From assembly GCF_902652985.1 (NCBI RefSeq), contig NC_047024.1, forward strand, positions 26,474,001 to 26,538,000: a stretch of DNA of 64,000 nt, written 5' to 3'. The notes beneath the pieces were generated by a model. It searched no databases and had not been told where the DNA came from. It was given only the letters and a program-made list of their open reading frames with translations. The translations under genes were made by a program, and so were the position numbers. Source of the stretch: Pecten maximus. Its lineage: Eukaryota. This document shows positions 37,152-51,057 of the stretch, piece after piece; position 1 is the stretch's first letter; every line of letters starts with the position of its first letter.

Positions 37152-37516
37152 ACTAGTGAAAAATATCACTTTTGCTGATTTGACCAATCAAATTAATGAT
37201 TAGAAAATACAAAAATAATTGACCAATCAGAAAGCCCGACATATATGTCAGCACCTGGACAGGGGGAACTACTTTTTTTGTTTACAAATTATCGCTGTAG
37301 GCCTAGTTAGCATACAGGGTAGGTTTTTCGTTGATAAAAAATGTAATAAACAGAATATCTAACAGTGTCTTCAGTAATACCAAATATATTTCACTCGTGC
37401 GGCTAATATTTTGATATTTTTCACTCGTGCTGCGCACTCGTGAAAAATATCAAAATATTAGCCCCACTCGTGAAATATATTTGGTATTACTGAAGACACT
37501 GTTAGATATCCTCTAT
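37152..37516 (-). mobile_element. Non-autonomous palindromic element, copy 2 (truncated at the ACTAGT palindrome)
   Basis: Inverted near-identical copy of 22152-22518. Confidence 0.8.
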
Positions 37517-37889
37517 TTATTTTACGGTGTTATGGCACATTCATTAGCTGAAAAAAATATTTTATGCTATGTCCATGCAATTACTCCCACAAATCTTATC
37601 CGATTGTCATCAAACATAGTAACAGAGTTATTGTCCTTTGATTTACGATAAACATTGTTATTTGCCATTAAATAACTCTCCCAACTATTTTCCCGAAAGC
37701 TTTTAAACTTAGGAAGAGCATTCGATGTATTAAGGGCTCCGCTAGATTGGTGGTAGGATTTGGTATTGGTACATTAGATTGGTGGTAGGATTTGGTATTG
37801 GTACATTAGAAGAGATATCTTACAAAATCATTAATCAGTTTACTTCATCTCGTAATACATGTTCAATAAAAGATGTTAACTTCCCCGAT

Positions 37890-38760
37890 TTTGTTTTGTT
37901 TATTCATTAATGATAAAGAATTTGAATTAATTAATTCTAATTGTCAAAGCTATCAGTTGCAGTTGATTAACCTGTTCATTTTAATGTACGCTGACGATAC
38001 TGTCCTGTTTTTAAAAAGACATACACGACCTTCAAAACATGTTAGGTAAAACCGGAAAAAAACTAAAATGGTTGTGTTCAGGAAAAGTAAAAGGATTTAT
38101 CCTTTTGAACGTTGGACACGTATGCCAATTGAGTTGGTAGATCAATTTCGTTACCTTGGTCTAATTGTTAATTATACTGGTAAATATACTGTTGCTTTGA
38201 ATACTTGTAACTTTGCTATGCAAGGCAGAAAAAGCTTACTTCTTGTTAAACAGGAAAATGAAAAGACTCATGTTAAATTGTGAAATAAAATTGTCATTAT
38301 TTGATACTTATATTTCATGTTTACTGAACTATGGATGTGAAGTTTGGGGATTTTGTCCGGCACCACAGTTGGAGAAAGTACACTTACTGGTCACATGTAC
38401 TTGGTATAAAAGAAAGACCGCCAATTCTTCAATAGTCTACTCTGAGCTTGGACGTTTCCCTTTACAAATTAGTCGCAAGATTTCGGTTTTAGAATATTTG
38501 ATTAAACTTCTGAATACGGATAATTATGTTTTAAAATCATGTTATAATGAACTTGTAGAGCTTAACATAACGAAGCCAAGATGTAAAATGAATCTCATGT
38601 TTCATGTAAAGCATGAGCTAAGTAGTCTCGGATTCTATGACGTCTGGTTGTCTAAGTGTGTTCCCATTGAAAAACTTTTTTTGCTGTTATACACTCAACG
38701 GGTGCATGATATTCTTATCCAAGAGTTGAGAAACAATTGATTATGTCCTCACTGCGCTAA
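37890..38760 (+). pseudogene. LINE ORF2 reverse-transcriptase relic (RTE-X/CR1-like)
   Basis: LFIND, LMYADDTVL, KTKMVVFRK, FRYLGL, LNYGCEVWGF, YSELGRFPL across frameshifts. Confidence 0.88.
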
Positions 38761-41269
38761 TGTGTTAGATTTCATTGCCAGCTAAACATTTAGTGCGCCG
38801 TCTTCACAGCGCAATCAACTTGGTTTTTATCGTCGTGCTTCATTTGAAATAACTTTAATAATGATACATTTTCAATGCACAAAGTAGGCATCAGATTTAC
38901 CGCTGAAGTCTTGGCTACATTTAGAGATATCTAGTTCTGGATCCATTTTTAATTGATTAATAGAAAAATGATAATAATTATAAAAACAAACAAACAAGCA
39001 CAAAAGGAAACGGAAGTACGAACATTTAAATCGATATAACCCTTTTTATCTCGGCACCTGTTATTGGCAACCGAAGTCGTAATGTCGTATTTCCAAAAAC
39101 AAAAAACGTTCATCTTCATCGTCCAAAGTATTCAACAACTCCTATCCTTTAGATTATCTAGGCAGCTACTCTCGTCTCTGCTTTTAAAATAAATGTATGT
39201 GTTGAAAAGATTCTGTTTTTTTAAATGCCTTGTTTTTTACCATATATGTTTTGTAATGCTAAAGTCAGGTGGGGTCGATTAGAGAACTACTTCAATCTTG
39301 TAGACTACTGATGTGACCGCTGCTTACATGAATTGACTGAGAGAAAAAGAACGTATTACTTCCGTTTTTGAATCACGTAACATTGGAAATCTCTCCGTAT
39401 GACGAATGGAGCATTCTGTATCATTTCTTTTTTATTACTTGATATTGTTTTTCACCTAGGGGACACAATTCAATGTTTAAATATTACCTTTGAAATGTCT
39501 TTTATTGATTCCAAAATTAAAAAAGGTATTACCCCAGAACAAACAAGTACATTAATGTATTTAAGTTATATTCTAAACAAATTTTGTCGTTGGAGAGTTA
39601 CCTCCCTTGTCCCATTATTTTTACCGTATTTCCAGTCTCCTTCATTATGCTATGTGAAAGCGGGGTGGGTAAAGCAGAATAGATCATGATTTTCATTTAA
39701 ATGTATTTTTTTTTTTATATAACTGTCATTTATTTATTTATTTCATTTTATTTGAAGGGGTGGGAGGTTGGGGATGTTTGGGGTCACCTGTCTGACTACT
39801 CTACTTTCCAGGCATGCTCAGCTATTTGACCTATTTTGCCACAAGAAATGTATTAATTCATAAAAAATAAAGAGTTGAAAATTATTGTTCACAACAATGT
39901 GATGAAATGTTAACAACAATGAATGATTCTAATGCTTTTATGGCATTTAATTCTTCAATACACCACAATGTATAAAACATTTCAATATTGTAATGCAATT
40001 GAATAACATTCTAGTAATTATGTTTTCTCCAAAGTTTGTTAGTTTGAATAACAGATTTAACTATATCACAATTTTAGATATCTTGAAGCACAGCAGTTCC
40101 AGTTATCAAAGTTGAAAATATATTAGTTCCTCTCAAAGATTGGCTCCAACAGGAAATGCTTTGTAATTTTATTTACTCTGTAAAATACAAGGAAACAAAA
40201 TGCTTGAGCTTTGTTTTATTTCAAAATTACACGTGAATTTTAAATCAACTTTCTTTTCCAAGACTAAAAACACATAATTTTGTTTATCAATTTCAGTTCT
40301 ACAGTAACAGTATATAACATTTTACTTTATATTGGTAAGTATACAGATCAAGGCCTGTGATCTTAAAATGTACATTTATAAAAGCACAGCATTCAAACCT
40401 TTATATACGTTGATGTAATATCAGGCAGAACAAAAGTACAAATTTCAATATGCTGTAATATTATTCAAAAAAAAAAAAGAAAGAAAAAACAAACATCAGA
40501 TTTAACATTGACATTGAGTGAGATATGGCCTACTTCACTAAAACAGTAATTATTTCATCAATTTTTCAGCTGTGATAAAGGTTTACAAATATTAATACCA
40601 TTTTTTGGGAAGAGTTATCTCCCGTACTGCCATGGAATTACGTTAAATATTGACTTTCCTAGATCCTCAAAGTGATGTATGTAAAATACATCTTGGTATA
40701 AATCCCAAATCTAAGTGTATGATTTGGTACAAACTTCCAGCGGAATGAAAATTTAGGAGAGCTGGTTTACTGGTTTCAAGGTCATCAAAATTTCTCATAC
40801 ACGCCAAATTTCTGGTAAAATACTCACTCCGTGAGATTCCAGTATTGGCAATACCCTGCTATACAGTGCTGGCTGATTTTGAGACCATAGAAAAACTCAT
40901 ATAATATCCCTGTACATAGTTCTGATGTGGTATGTAATAAAGATAACCAGAATGCTGGTCAAACATATATAATAAAAGATAAGTTTATGATGCTCAAGAT
41001 GTTGAGTCTACTGCTGTTCATACCAATGATGTTTGACAATTATTACAATGCAAATTTCTATTTTCAACGCCACGTTTTTCATTCAAATACTGGTTCTGAA
41101 CATAATACATTTTTAGACAGGAAGACTGTTCATGTTGATTTTGATGAATTTATTTCTGAATTCCATGTGAATGTAAATTTGTCTAATGTTCCGAAAGACA
41201 CTTTTCATCAATGTCTATATCGGCTTAGATACATTTTTGATGAAAATCCCCTACAAGGATTTACAAATG

Positions 41270-42990
41270 TTGTACAACATAAGATAAATTGAAAACCGGA
41301 GGTATACTTTAAAAGGGAAGCATTGGGAACTACCCAGCCTAATGAGGGCATTATTGCACCAGTTGATGAGCAGGACAGCCCGATATCTAGTCAAGTATTT
41401 CTTGTGTGAAAGCGTATATTTACAGATGATAAGTCGTCACCATCGAACATTTCTTATTGCGATTACCGTTAGTAAAATTCACAAACAAAACCTTTTCGGT
41501 ACACTTTTCAAAACTAGCAGGATTTTACGGAATCCATCGACACTTGTAATCCGCATTATATAACAGCATTAAATATGAACTCTGGATTTTTTCAAATGGG
41601 TATCAAGGCTGAATCGTCAAAGTAAACTGCACTAAACCCCCTGCTTTAGCTTTTATGAATTTCTTCGCCTACCTATGGGTCTTAGCATGGCGCATAATAA
41701 CTTTCAACCACTGATGGACAAAATACTACATGAACTCACTTTCAGATCGGTGATATGTTACCCTGATGTCAAACCTGTGGAATCCAGTGCCGTTACCAAC
41801 CTTTGTAAGAAAAACCGTATTGCTATGAAACCGTCCATTTCAAAACCTTTCGATCATGTGGACTTGTATACAGTGGGTACCAGCGAAGATAATACCGTAA
41901 AGGCTGCTAGAGAGGAACCAAATATAATCACCTTCAATAAGGAGATCGTCACTTACGCAGAACCAGTGGCTAACTGATAAGAATAGTCTACATAGATAGA
42001 CTCTAGTCCAGATGAAGTCACATCCAGTTCAGTCATTACTAGGTTCTCCCTTTAACATCAGATGAATTGTTGTCAACCGACATTCTACAATCCATTTTGT
42101 TCAGTATTACTAGTACTGCCGACTCTGATAATACAGATGAGGACATTGCAGATCAACATGGCATTTTTGACGGAACCGAGTACAAAAAAGGAAAACATCA
42201 AAGAGCTGCAGCAGACGGATGACAAATTCAAATCAATTGTATCCTATTTGAAATACACTCTACTCTCAAATACTCAGAAAGCCTCCGACGAGTATTGCTA
42301 GAGAGCTCTGACGATGCCTTAATCTGTGACATGCTTCACCAATTATAGAATTCCAAATCTAAACGCTAACAGACCTTAAATAATATCAGTTGGCATTGAC
42401 TGCGTAAATAATACCGACAATCCATACACTTTATAATAATTCCACTTTCGGCGGACATTCTGGAAAACAGGAAACGCGCGATCGCATTCGGGATTATTAT
42501 TATTATTCATGCTTAATTACCATTGTGTCAGAATATGAATGTAAGGTACCTCTACTAGCGCTACTAACTTAGTGACACCTAGCTTACCCTTCGCCAACCG
42601 CATGTAAACATTTCCATGTGAGGGAAATTGATCTTTATGGACCGTTACAAATTACTCCCTTGGCGTACATACATGTAGTTGCTGTTCCAATTACTAACAG
42701 TGACACCCTTTCTGTTGGTGAGGCATTGATTAGATTTGTATGCTCCTTTGGTGTATGTGACACATTCGTTTCTTATCAAGAGTTGAAATCATTGCAAAAA
42801 CGACTCAGGAAACATACCGTTCGTTACAAGTTCAGCAAAACTTTACCCCAAAGCATTTATACTTTATTGATCAGATTCACCAATGCCTTGGATACATTTA
42901 CAGAACACAAAACCAAGGCCCAGTCCAAAATAGTGACTGCCGCAAATGAGGGCCCTGTTGGTCCGGCCTTAAAGGAAGGAGACTATGTCT
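41270..42990 (+). pseudogene. Decayed Ty3/Gypsy pol relic (RT + integrase)
   Basis: LNMNSGFFQM, YEFLRLPMGL, FQPLMDKIL...ICYPD (YxDD); GGHSG, IDLYGPL and AVPITNSDTLSVGEALIRFVCSFG integrase motifs in RT-then-IN order. Confidence 0.85.
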
Positions 42991-43062
42991 ATCTATGCAA
43001 TAAGCTTGGTGGTCACAGACACTCATTTTAATAATAAGTTTTCCTGGTTAATATTCTTTATT

Positions 43063-43220
43063 GTAGGGTTGATAACATCCGTTTGATAACTAATCTACCT
43101 GGTAAATATTCTATATGTTAGGGTTGATAACCTCTGTTTGATAATCAATCTACCTGGTTAATATTCTATATGGTAGGGTTGATAACATCCGTTTGATAAT
43201 CAATCTACCTGGTTAATATA
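43063..43220. repeat. 55-bp tandem repeat x3
   Basis: AGGGTTGATAAC recurs at 43065, 43120 and 43175. Confidence 0.9.
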
Positions 43221-45019
43221 TGCCTGGATATTATCAGTTACCTTTGTTTCTGCTTTGAGACTCATTTTATTGTTAATTGTATATTCTAAAAGTGTGGTAT
43301 AGGGTAATGTGATGGTTTTCATTGTGAAAAAAAATCTTTTATGATATAGACAAGAAGTCTCCAATATAGATTTGATGATAATTTGTAACAGACATGCTAT
43401 TCTCCATTTGATTAGAGTTAATCATGTGTAAAATGAAAATAGTATCAATCAGCGTACCTTGAAGTCGTATGATCATTTCAACCATGCATTAGTCATTGTG
43501 CTGAATGGTCTTGACTTGCCATTGTATATATCATTTTACAAATTGATGAGATATTCACTGTTTGTAATCACTAAAACTTGTATGGGTTGTCATAGACTGC
43601 CAGCGGTAGAATGTAATAGTTTTTTTCTCATTATATGTATTGCAAACTCTGATCAGTTTGAGTAAATGTGTGGTTTGCGAGTGAATCGGTGTTTGTAACT
43701 ACCTAGTGCCGTATGTACAATGTAGTAACATGTATACATATCCCTATTATCAGTATTTTGCACCTTTACATTGCAATCATACTGTTAACACAACTGTGCA
43801 ATACTACTTTTTATCAACTGGTCTCTTTTATGATTTAGATGTAATGACAAAAATGGTTTCCTAAAAAATCTAATTCAGTTATAAATATCTTGATATCTGC
43901 GTATTGTTCATGCATCTTTATGATCAAATTCAGCTATCTTGATACTTTCAATATAGTTCCTTAATTATCTAACGCTTACACTTCCTGACCAATACTTCGA
44001 AAAATACTGGGAACACCCCCCCCCCCCCTCCCCCCCAAAAAAATATTTAAATCTCGTTGTCCCACCATAATTTATGATTTATGTAAATATGTCTTTCCTC
44101 TGATGAATGAAACATCCCAAGAGAAGTGCAATAAAGGCCTAGTGATAACATCGAGGCGATGCTGAACTCGTCCAAGATCTGGAATTAAAATAATTCGACA
44201 TCTCGGGTTTTTGGTGTTTATATTATCAGAAAATTAAACAGAACTTGTCTGACATATTATGATATATAATTCAATAGAGTCAACAAATACGCCTATTACT
44301 TTCATGCTTGGGAGGAACCCGTCTGTTTGATGTTCAAATTGAGAATTTCCTTTATGTATCTAGTAAGGCAATTCGTCCATTGTTCGCGATGGTGTAATAA
44401 TAGCCGTAATATAAACACATTAAGCTGTGGTTTTGACATGCTTGTATATTTTACTGACATGTATACGGATATTTTGATATCAGGAAACCTTCGTACCTCG
44501 AGATGCATCCACTCACTCGAATAATATTGATTCACAGTAGATGGTCTAGTGGATAAGTCAATTATCCGAAACCTGTCATTGGACTGTTAGACAGTCCATT
44601 ATGTATGGCTCGGATTAATTGAGGCTGGCATTTGAAAGGATGATAGCTAAGAGAAGGCCAGTCTGGGTTATAAACTTTTATAAACTGATGAATGTTTTGC
44701 ATATGTAACAAGAATCAGACTAAAGCATTCGACAGGTATTGTGTGAACGGATAACGAGGTAAGTGAGTTTAACTTTTTTACCTTTTCTGTAACATCTTTG
44801 TTACATTCAAGGGAATTATGCATCAATGTAACCAATGAAGTTAGCGATAATACCCAACTTGAAGATATAAATGATCGGTACAGGGCAGGATCCCAATAAC
44901 ATATGGTCTTTTTATATATATAAAAACAAAAACAACTATTTCTTGGTATGAAGGAGCATCTGTTAACTATTATTTTCTGGGGAGAGAAAACCTTTATAAA
45001 CTTTACATTAAAGTGCACC

Positions 45020-46110
45020 CGCGGTCTTTAAAGAGAGATGGGCTTCACAAACAGCTGATATTAAGGATTGTATTAAGTGGACATAAATGTAGACAGACGG
45101 GCTTTGAGGAGAGACGGCCATCATAAATAGGTAGTATTTAGGATTGGTTTAATTGTGCATTAATGTAGACACGTGATCTTTGAGGAAAGATGATAGCCTT
45201 CAAAAATAGTACATTTACTTTGAGTAGAGATGGCCTTCATAAACAGGTGTTATTTAGCATTGTGTTTGTGTAAGCCTGGATCATGTTCAGAGACTGAAGC
45301 TTGTTTGTTGCAAACAGATGACTCGCAAATTAAAGACAACAAAAATTATATTGTTGTTAAAACGTCATTTATTGAAAGACTGATGAACTCTTACGAGTCC
45401 ACAATATATCATTATTCAACATGAACAATGTTTGATGTTATGGAAAAAACAAAGTGTATTTACTGAATATAATGATGTAGCAACAAAGATGGGGTACAAA
45501 TGATGGCACCGATGATAAGCATTAGATACATGCAATGGACTGTACATACATATACAGTACATGTAGATCAATGTTCATCATAACCCCATCCAAAGTATTT
45601 ACTGTAAATAAAATGTTGGCAGACGGTCTAAAAGGAGTGATGGCATTCATATAGGATGGTATTAACAGTACATTAATATAGATAGACGTTCTTTGAAGAG
45701 AGATAGCCTTGATTGATCAACAGGGGGGATTTATGATTATATTAAATGTACATTATTGTAGGTAGACGATCTTTAATGAGACATGAGCTTTCTAAACAGG
45801 TGATATTTAAGAATTGTATTAACTGTACATTAATCAGACAAACGGTCTTCAAGAAGAGATGGGTTTCATAAACAGGTGGTATTTATGATTTTATCAACTG
45901 TATATCAATGAAGATAGAGGATCTTTAGGAGCGATGTCCTTATAAATAGGTGCTATTTGTGATATTTAACTGTACATTAAAATAAACAAAGGATCTTCGA
46001 GGAACGATGATCTTTATTAACAGGTGGTATTTAGGATTTGATCAAATGCACATTAATGTAAACATGCGGTCTTAGCGGAGAAATGGCCTCGATAAGCCTG
46101 TGGTAAATAA
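45020..46110. repeat. Old degenerate ~70-80-bp tandem array, interrupted at ~45280-45590
   Basis: Recurring TCTTTxAGGAGAGATGG...ATAAACAGGTGGTATTTAxGATT...CATTAATGTAGA. Confidence 0.65.
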
Positions 46111-47469
46111 GATTGGATTTTTGCATAACTGAATCATATGGATTTACTCAAACATTTGGTATAAATTGACAATAGCATTTTACCTGAAAGCGTAATAATT
46201 AAAACAGATATACAATGTTTTGGCACACATACAACTGTTCGTCATTTCTGTAGGTACATTGTACCATGTCCCTGTGTGTTAATTGATCTGATTAAGGTAT
46301 CCTGCGTACACCCACTTACACCTAATGAACAGTTTGAGGCCATCTCTATAAAACATTTATTGCGATATAATCCAATCTCACGCCATTTGATTGAAAAGCG
46401 TTAGAGTGAAACTATGACTTTCCTTTGAGGATCATCAGACCATATCGCTATGTGTGGTGACAGCCACAACTATTGTCACGTGCAATGTATAACCAAAGGA
46501 CAAAACAAACGTATGCGTATGACGTTAAGATAACAATATTGGTCTTTTCCACAAAATGATTTCTTTCGGCAATGCATGAACACAATTTGGATTCGTTTTC
46601 TTGAACATCAGGTCCTGGAAAACGTATTTTCATATGAAAAACATTTCATTTCATCCCCTATGTACAATACCAAACCCCAATCAGAACAAAAGGAATGCCA
46701 TCGTTCCTTTGAAATAAGAGTTTCTCCTCCCGCTCCCACAAAGAGTCATACGATTGATTTGAATATATAGTATCTATATTATGTAATTGACAGTGTGAAG
46801 GTTAGTGACAATATATTTGATATTTCCAACTGACCCTTAGTCTGCGACTTGTTATTGTCTTCATTCGAGACTGTCGAATTCCTTAAAGATTCTTTTAGAA
46901 TATGTAAAACAAAAAACTTGTCAAAGTCCTTTAACGTCTTTTAAATAAAATGATGATGTGGATTTCCCCAAAAAATATATAAGAAATAATCTTATATTTT
47001 CAATTTCTAGAAAGTAATGTGCCTAATTTCACAGATAACTCTTAAATGCTTAGTTGATTTTTTAAGAATGGCTTTTTCCCCTAATAGTACAATTTCCTTC
47101 CTGATAGATTTTGAGTGTTGAACAAAATTAAACCTTACCATGGGGGTTTCCAGAGATGCACTTTGATGGAGATCATTTAAAAGATTATAATCGACATCAA
47201 AAATATGAGAATGAGTTATATTCCTTTGTGGGCTATGCAATTAGGCGCATTCCAACGCCACTTGGCTCTCAAGTTAAGAACGTGACATTTATTCCTGCTA
47301 CAAACAAACAATCAATCAAACAGGTAACCTGTAATGCGCACGGAAGAATATCATCATAACATTCGTAGGAGAGAATAAGGCATGTAAAAGGAATCAAACA
47401 ATTGTTAAGTGCTTAATATGACATGAACTGCTCTCCAGTTCACTTTATTGAAACAAAACTGGTAATCAA

Positions 47470-48240
47470 TTCTTAAGAAATGGAAAAATAATAATCAGAA
47501 AAATTGAAATCATTACGTATATCATGCAGCTCCCTTGTAAGCAGCTGTCCCTGCTTTGTATGTTAAGATTGAGGTCAAGTTCTACAGAGTATAGCCGACC
47601 AACACGATCAATAAAGGTTTTTCTATTTAAAGATAAATCATCAACGTATCTAAAGGTGAAATTTAAGGACTTTACAAGCTCCCTCTTACCTGTTCTGATA
47701 AGCTCATCAATATAATCAGCTTGAATGAAAACAAAAATAAGTCAGTCAATATTGTTCACATTGGTATACCAAGAGCCTGTTGTAAGATCTGGTCACAAAA
47801 CTCAACAAAGATGTCATAATCATATATTAAATGATTCTCACGATATCCTCATCGGTGGAATTTATATGAGCTCTAGTCGTATGTTTTACGAAATATTTGT
47901 CAATGTAGTTCACGACAATGTACTTATTAGGTCGTTCGCCTTTCTTGGAAAAGCAAAGCCTTTCATAAGAGATAGAAGACGTTCCTTAAGTCTGGAATGT
48001 AGAATGGTAGTAAAAGAGTGGAAAATAAAAACTTTTGAAAGATTAGCGGATATCATTGGTCGATACTTTCTGTATTCCACTTCCGGAGTAAACAGTATCG
48101 TAACAGATCTGCAGACTTGGCTGAATTATTCTAAGAATGATAGTAATTAGGAAGCTTGGATTAAGGCTAAGTTTAACAACTACGTCCGCCAGCAATAAAA
48201 CGTTGTTTTATAATCGGAAACTTTTAGACATTGTATACAA
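47470..48240 (-). pseudogene. Decayed Penelope-like element reverse transcriptase
   Basis: Hand translation of the - strand gives KQRFIAG, YDTVYSGSG, DIFVEFCDQILQQALGIPM, LTDLFLFS, LNFTFRYVDD, DIRNDFNF...FPFL in PLE RT order, with frameshifts. Confidence 0.82.
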
Positions 48241-49159
48241 TTCAACCTGTGAGGACTAATTAACTAGCATAGCCTATCACACGGGAATCTTATTGGCTAA
48301 ACAAATAAAGTACACTAATATAATAGATATAATGGAAGAAAACAGTATCACGTTTATTGTGCTGTATAATGTAATCAATACTATCTACGGTTCTGCAAAC
48401 ATTTATTAAGCACGCCATGCATCAAGTAATAGCTTTTGAATTATTTATAAAAAATATTCTTTTTTTTATATTGCAAACATAAGTGAAGCACAAAGATCGA
48501 GATAAAGACATCACGCACCCTTTTCAGAAAGTTTCAACCAGACCGGTTATCATATAACCTTTAAGCACATATAAGTACAAGCGACCGTAATTGTATCTAT
48601 TTTATCAATTTATTTTTTTCTATAATAACCAAGAGCATCCGTCAATAAACTATCACAATATGTACTTAACTATTTATGGAAAATATCCTAGTTAAATTAT
48701 TTTGCAAAAGACACATAGAGATCAATATCCTTATCAAGTTATTGCCTATAATTAACCGTGTCACCGTATCTGATGGACTAATTTCTAAATCGAATAAGGG
48801 AATATTTTCTAACGAGATTGTGACAACGACCATGAAACATCGTGATGTTTGGAACGAGTCCTGGAATATGTAAGCAAATGTGACATTAAACATTTAAACA
48901 TGATTGATTGGGGTGACAAAGGTGTTCAGCTAACGAGAAATTTCACTTTTGCTAAATATTCGTCCGTGTGCTTATCAAACAAAATGATGGTACGAGCTAT
49001 ACTGGATATTTTAGTTTCGTTTAAATAAAAATCGAGTAACTTAATATAATTGTCTTTGATTTCGAGCTGTGGTCGACATAATCATCCTATTCTTATCCTG
49101 ATTTCTAATTGCTCTCTAGGCACTCGTATGTGTGTAACAAGAGGTAAATATGAAAAAAA

Positions 49160-49820
49160 AACATACATGTAGATATCAGACAGGATAATAAAGATACAAT
49201 GATATATACAAAATACGGAAAACTAAGCACATTGTAGATATCAGACAGGGTAAAGAGATACAATGATAAAAACAAAATACAAAAAATTAAATTCATTACA
49301 GAAATCAGACAGTTATTAGAGAGGATATAATAAAACATACTGAATACAACAAACGAAATACATTGTAGATATCAGACAGGGTAAAAAGATACAATGATAA
49401 ATACAAAATACAGAAAACTAGATATATTGTAGATATCAGACAGTTATTAGAGAGGATATAATAAAACATACTGAATACAGCAAACGAAATACATTGTAGA
49501 TATCAGACAGGGTAAAAAGATACAATGATACATACCAAATACAAAAAATTAAATTCATTACAGAAATCAGACAGTTATTAGAGAGGATATAAAAAAACAT
49601 ACTGAATACAACAAACGAAATACATTGTAGATATCAGACAGGGTTATACAGATACAATGATACATGCAAAATACGGAAAACTAGATACATGGTAGATATC
49701 AGACGCGGTAATAAAGATAATGATTCATACAAAATACGGAAAACTAAACACCTTGTAGATGTCAGACAGGGTAATAAAGGTACATTGATGCATACAAAAT
49801 ACAGAAAACTAAATACATTT
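49160..49820. repeat. Degenerate ~60-bp tandem array with higher-order structure
   Basis: Recurring TGTAGATATCAGACAG units; the ATCAGACAGTTATTAGAGAGGATATA variant occurs three times. Confidence 0.8.
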
Positions 49821-50338
49821 TACTTATTATCCATGGCATCACACAGTACATATTACTAAGGATTCAAAACATTTCAATCAAACATGATGATAAAGGTTAA
49901 TACAATTGTATATATCATATACTTTAACTATAATCAATGGTTTGCTATTCAATGGTAACGCATTATCGATAGATCTGAGAGCGAAACGGAATGACATGCT
50001 AAGGTATTCTTACCTCTTCTTTTAACTTCTGCTGCATTCATCCTGACATGAACCTACAAACTAGTCAGACATGTTCCCACGTCCATGCCGATAGTCAGTT
50101 GGATATTTTACCATCGAATTCAGCATATATACTGCCAACATGAAATATACTACTACATTGAATTGTGTTAATTCAATTGAATACTAAGTGTGACCGTTCA
50201 GAATACACACATGACGTTGTTTTGAAAATTTAATATTGAAATATGAATAGATTTTTTATGATGTGGCTATTGTACATCCCCTATCAAGACTAATTCGAGT
50301 GACAGCCGCCGCCCCATATACTACCATTTAAGGCCTAA

Positions 50339-50382
50339 GTATCACTGACTAGTCCTAGAAGGACGAAACAACTGTTTTGTGC
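50339..50382 (+). ncRNA. Degenerate hammerhead-ribozyme-like motif (probably inactive)
   Basis: CTGACTA-GTCC-tagaa-GGAC-GAAAC-aact-GTT; the conserved G8 is T. Confidence 0.45.
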
Positions 50383-51057
50383 AGTTTAAATTTATATAAT
50401 TTTAATATATCTCTTATTTATTTACGTTTCTTCAAAGTAATTGATTAAATCGAGTATCTCTCTCGAGTTTGCTTATTTGTGTTTTAGTACTGTTTGTTTG
50501 TCTAGAAACTTGAAAAAACCCGATAAACTAAAACAGCGTGTTGATCTAAAACACACCTGTATCATGATGTTTCCGCCTAGGTGGACGACCGAGATAGGCA
50601 GAACTTATTATCTTCTATGTGAAGACGGCATTTTTTCATTATCACTGAATTATATATAGGTGACAAAAAAGATACTGGAATGCACAAAAATGATCAGTTC
50701 TTTAACATTATATGCAAAAAAAAAAAAAAAAAAAATAAAATGAAATGTAAGTCATCATAGCCTGATACTTTAATTCATGCTACTTGCATTTGGTCCCATC
50801 GCCATCTAAAAGACAGTCATACAGCTAGTGTTCTACTTTTTTAAATTATAAAACATCTCTCAGATCTGTATCGGTATAATAAACAGTTTAATTAAGGGGT
50901 AAGGGGATCTTTAGCAAGTTTGTGTCTAGAGTTCGGCTCAGGAAATATACCCGGTCTTGAGAAAACTGAAACATGCTACATGTGTACCTCTCAAATTCTT
51001 ACTGTATCCGTATGCTATTATTGTGAATGTACGTGACGAGCAGACTTCTCTAAGCAT

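Noticed and set aside
46405-46445. Hammerhead-like CTGATGA-TCCTCAAAGGA on the - strand downstream of the PLE RT
   Set aside because: No GAAA after stem II and no convincing stem I; at best a relic. The same applies to CTGATGAACTCTTACGAGT at ~45380.
47725-48150. 141-aa + strand ORF
   Set aside because: It is antisense to the Penelope-like RT relic.
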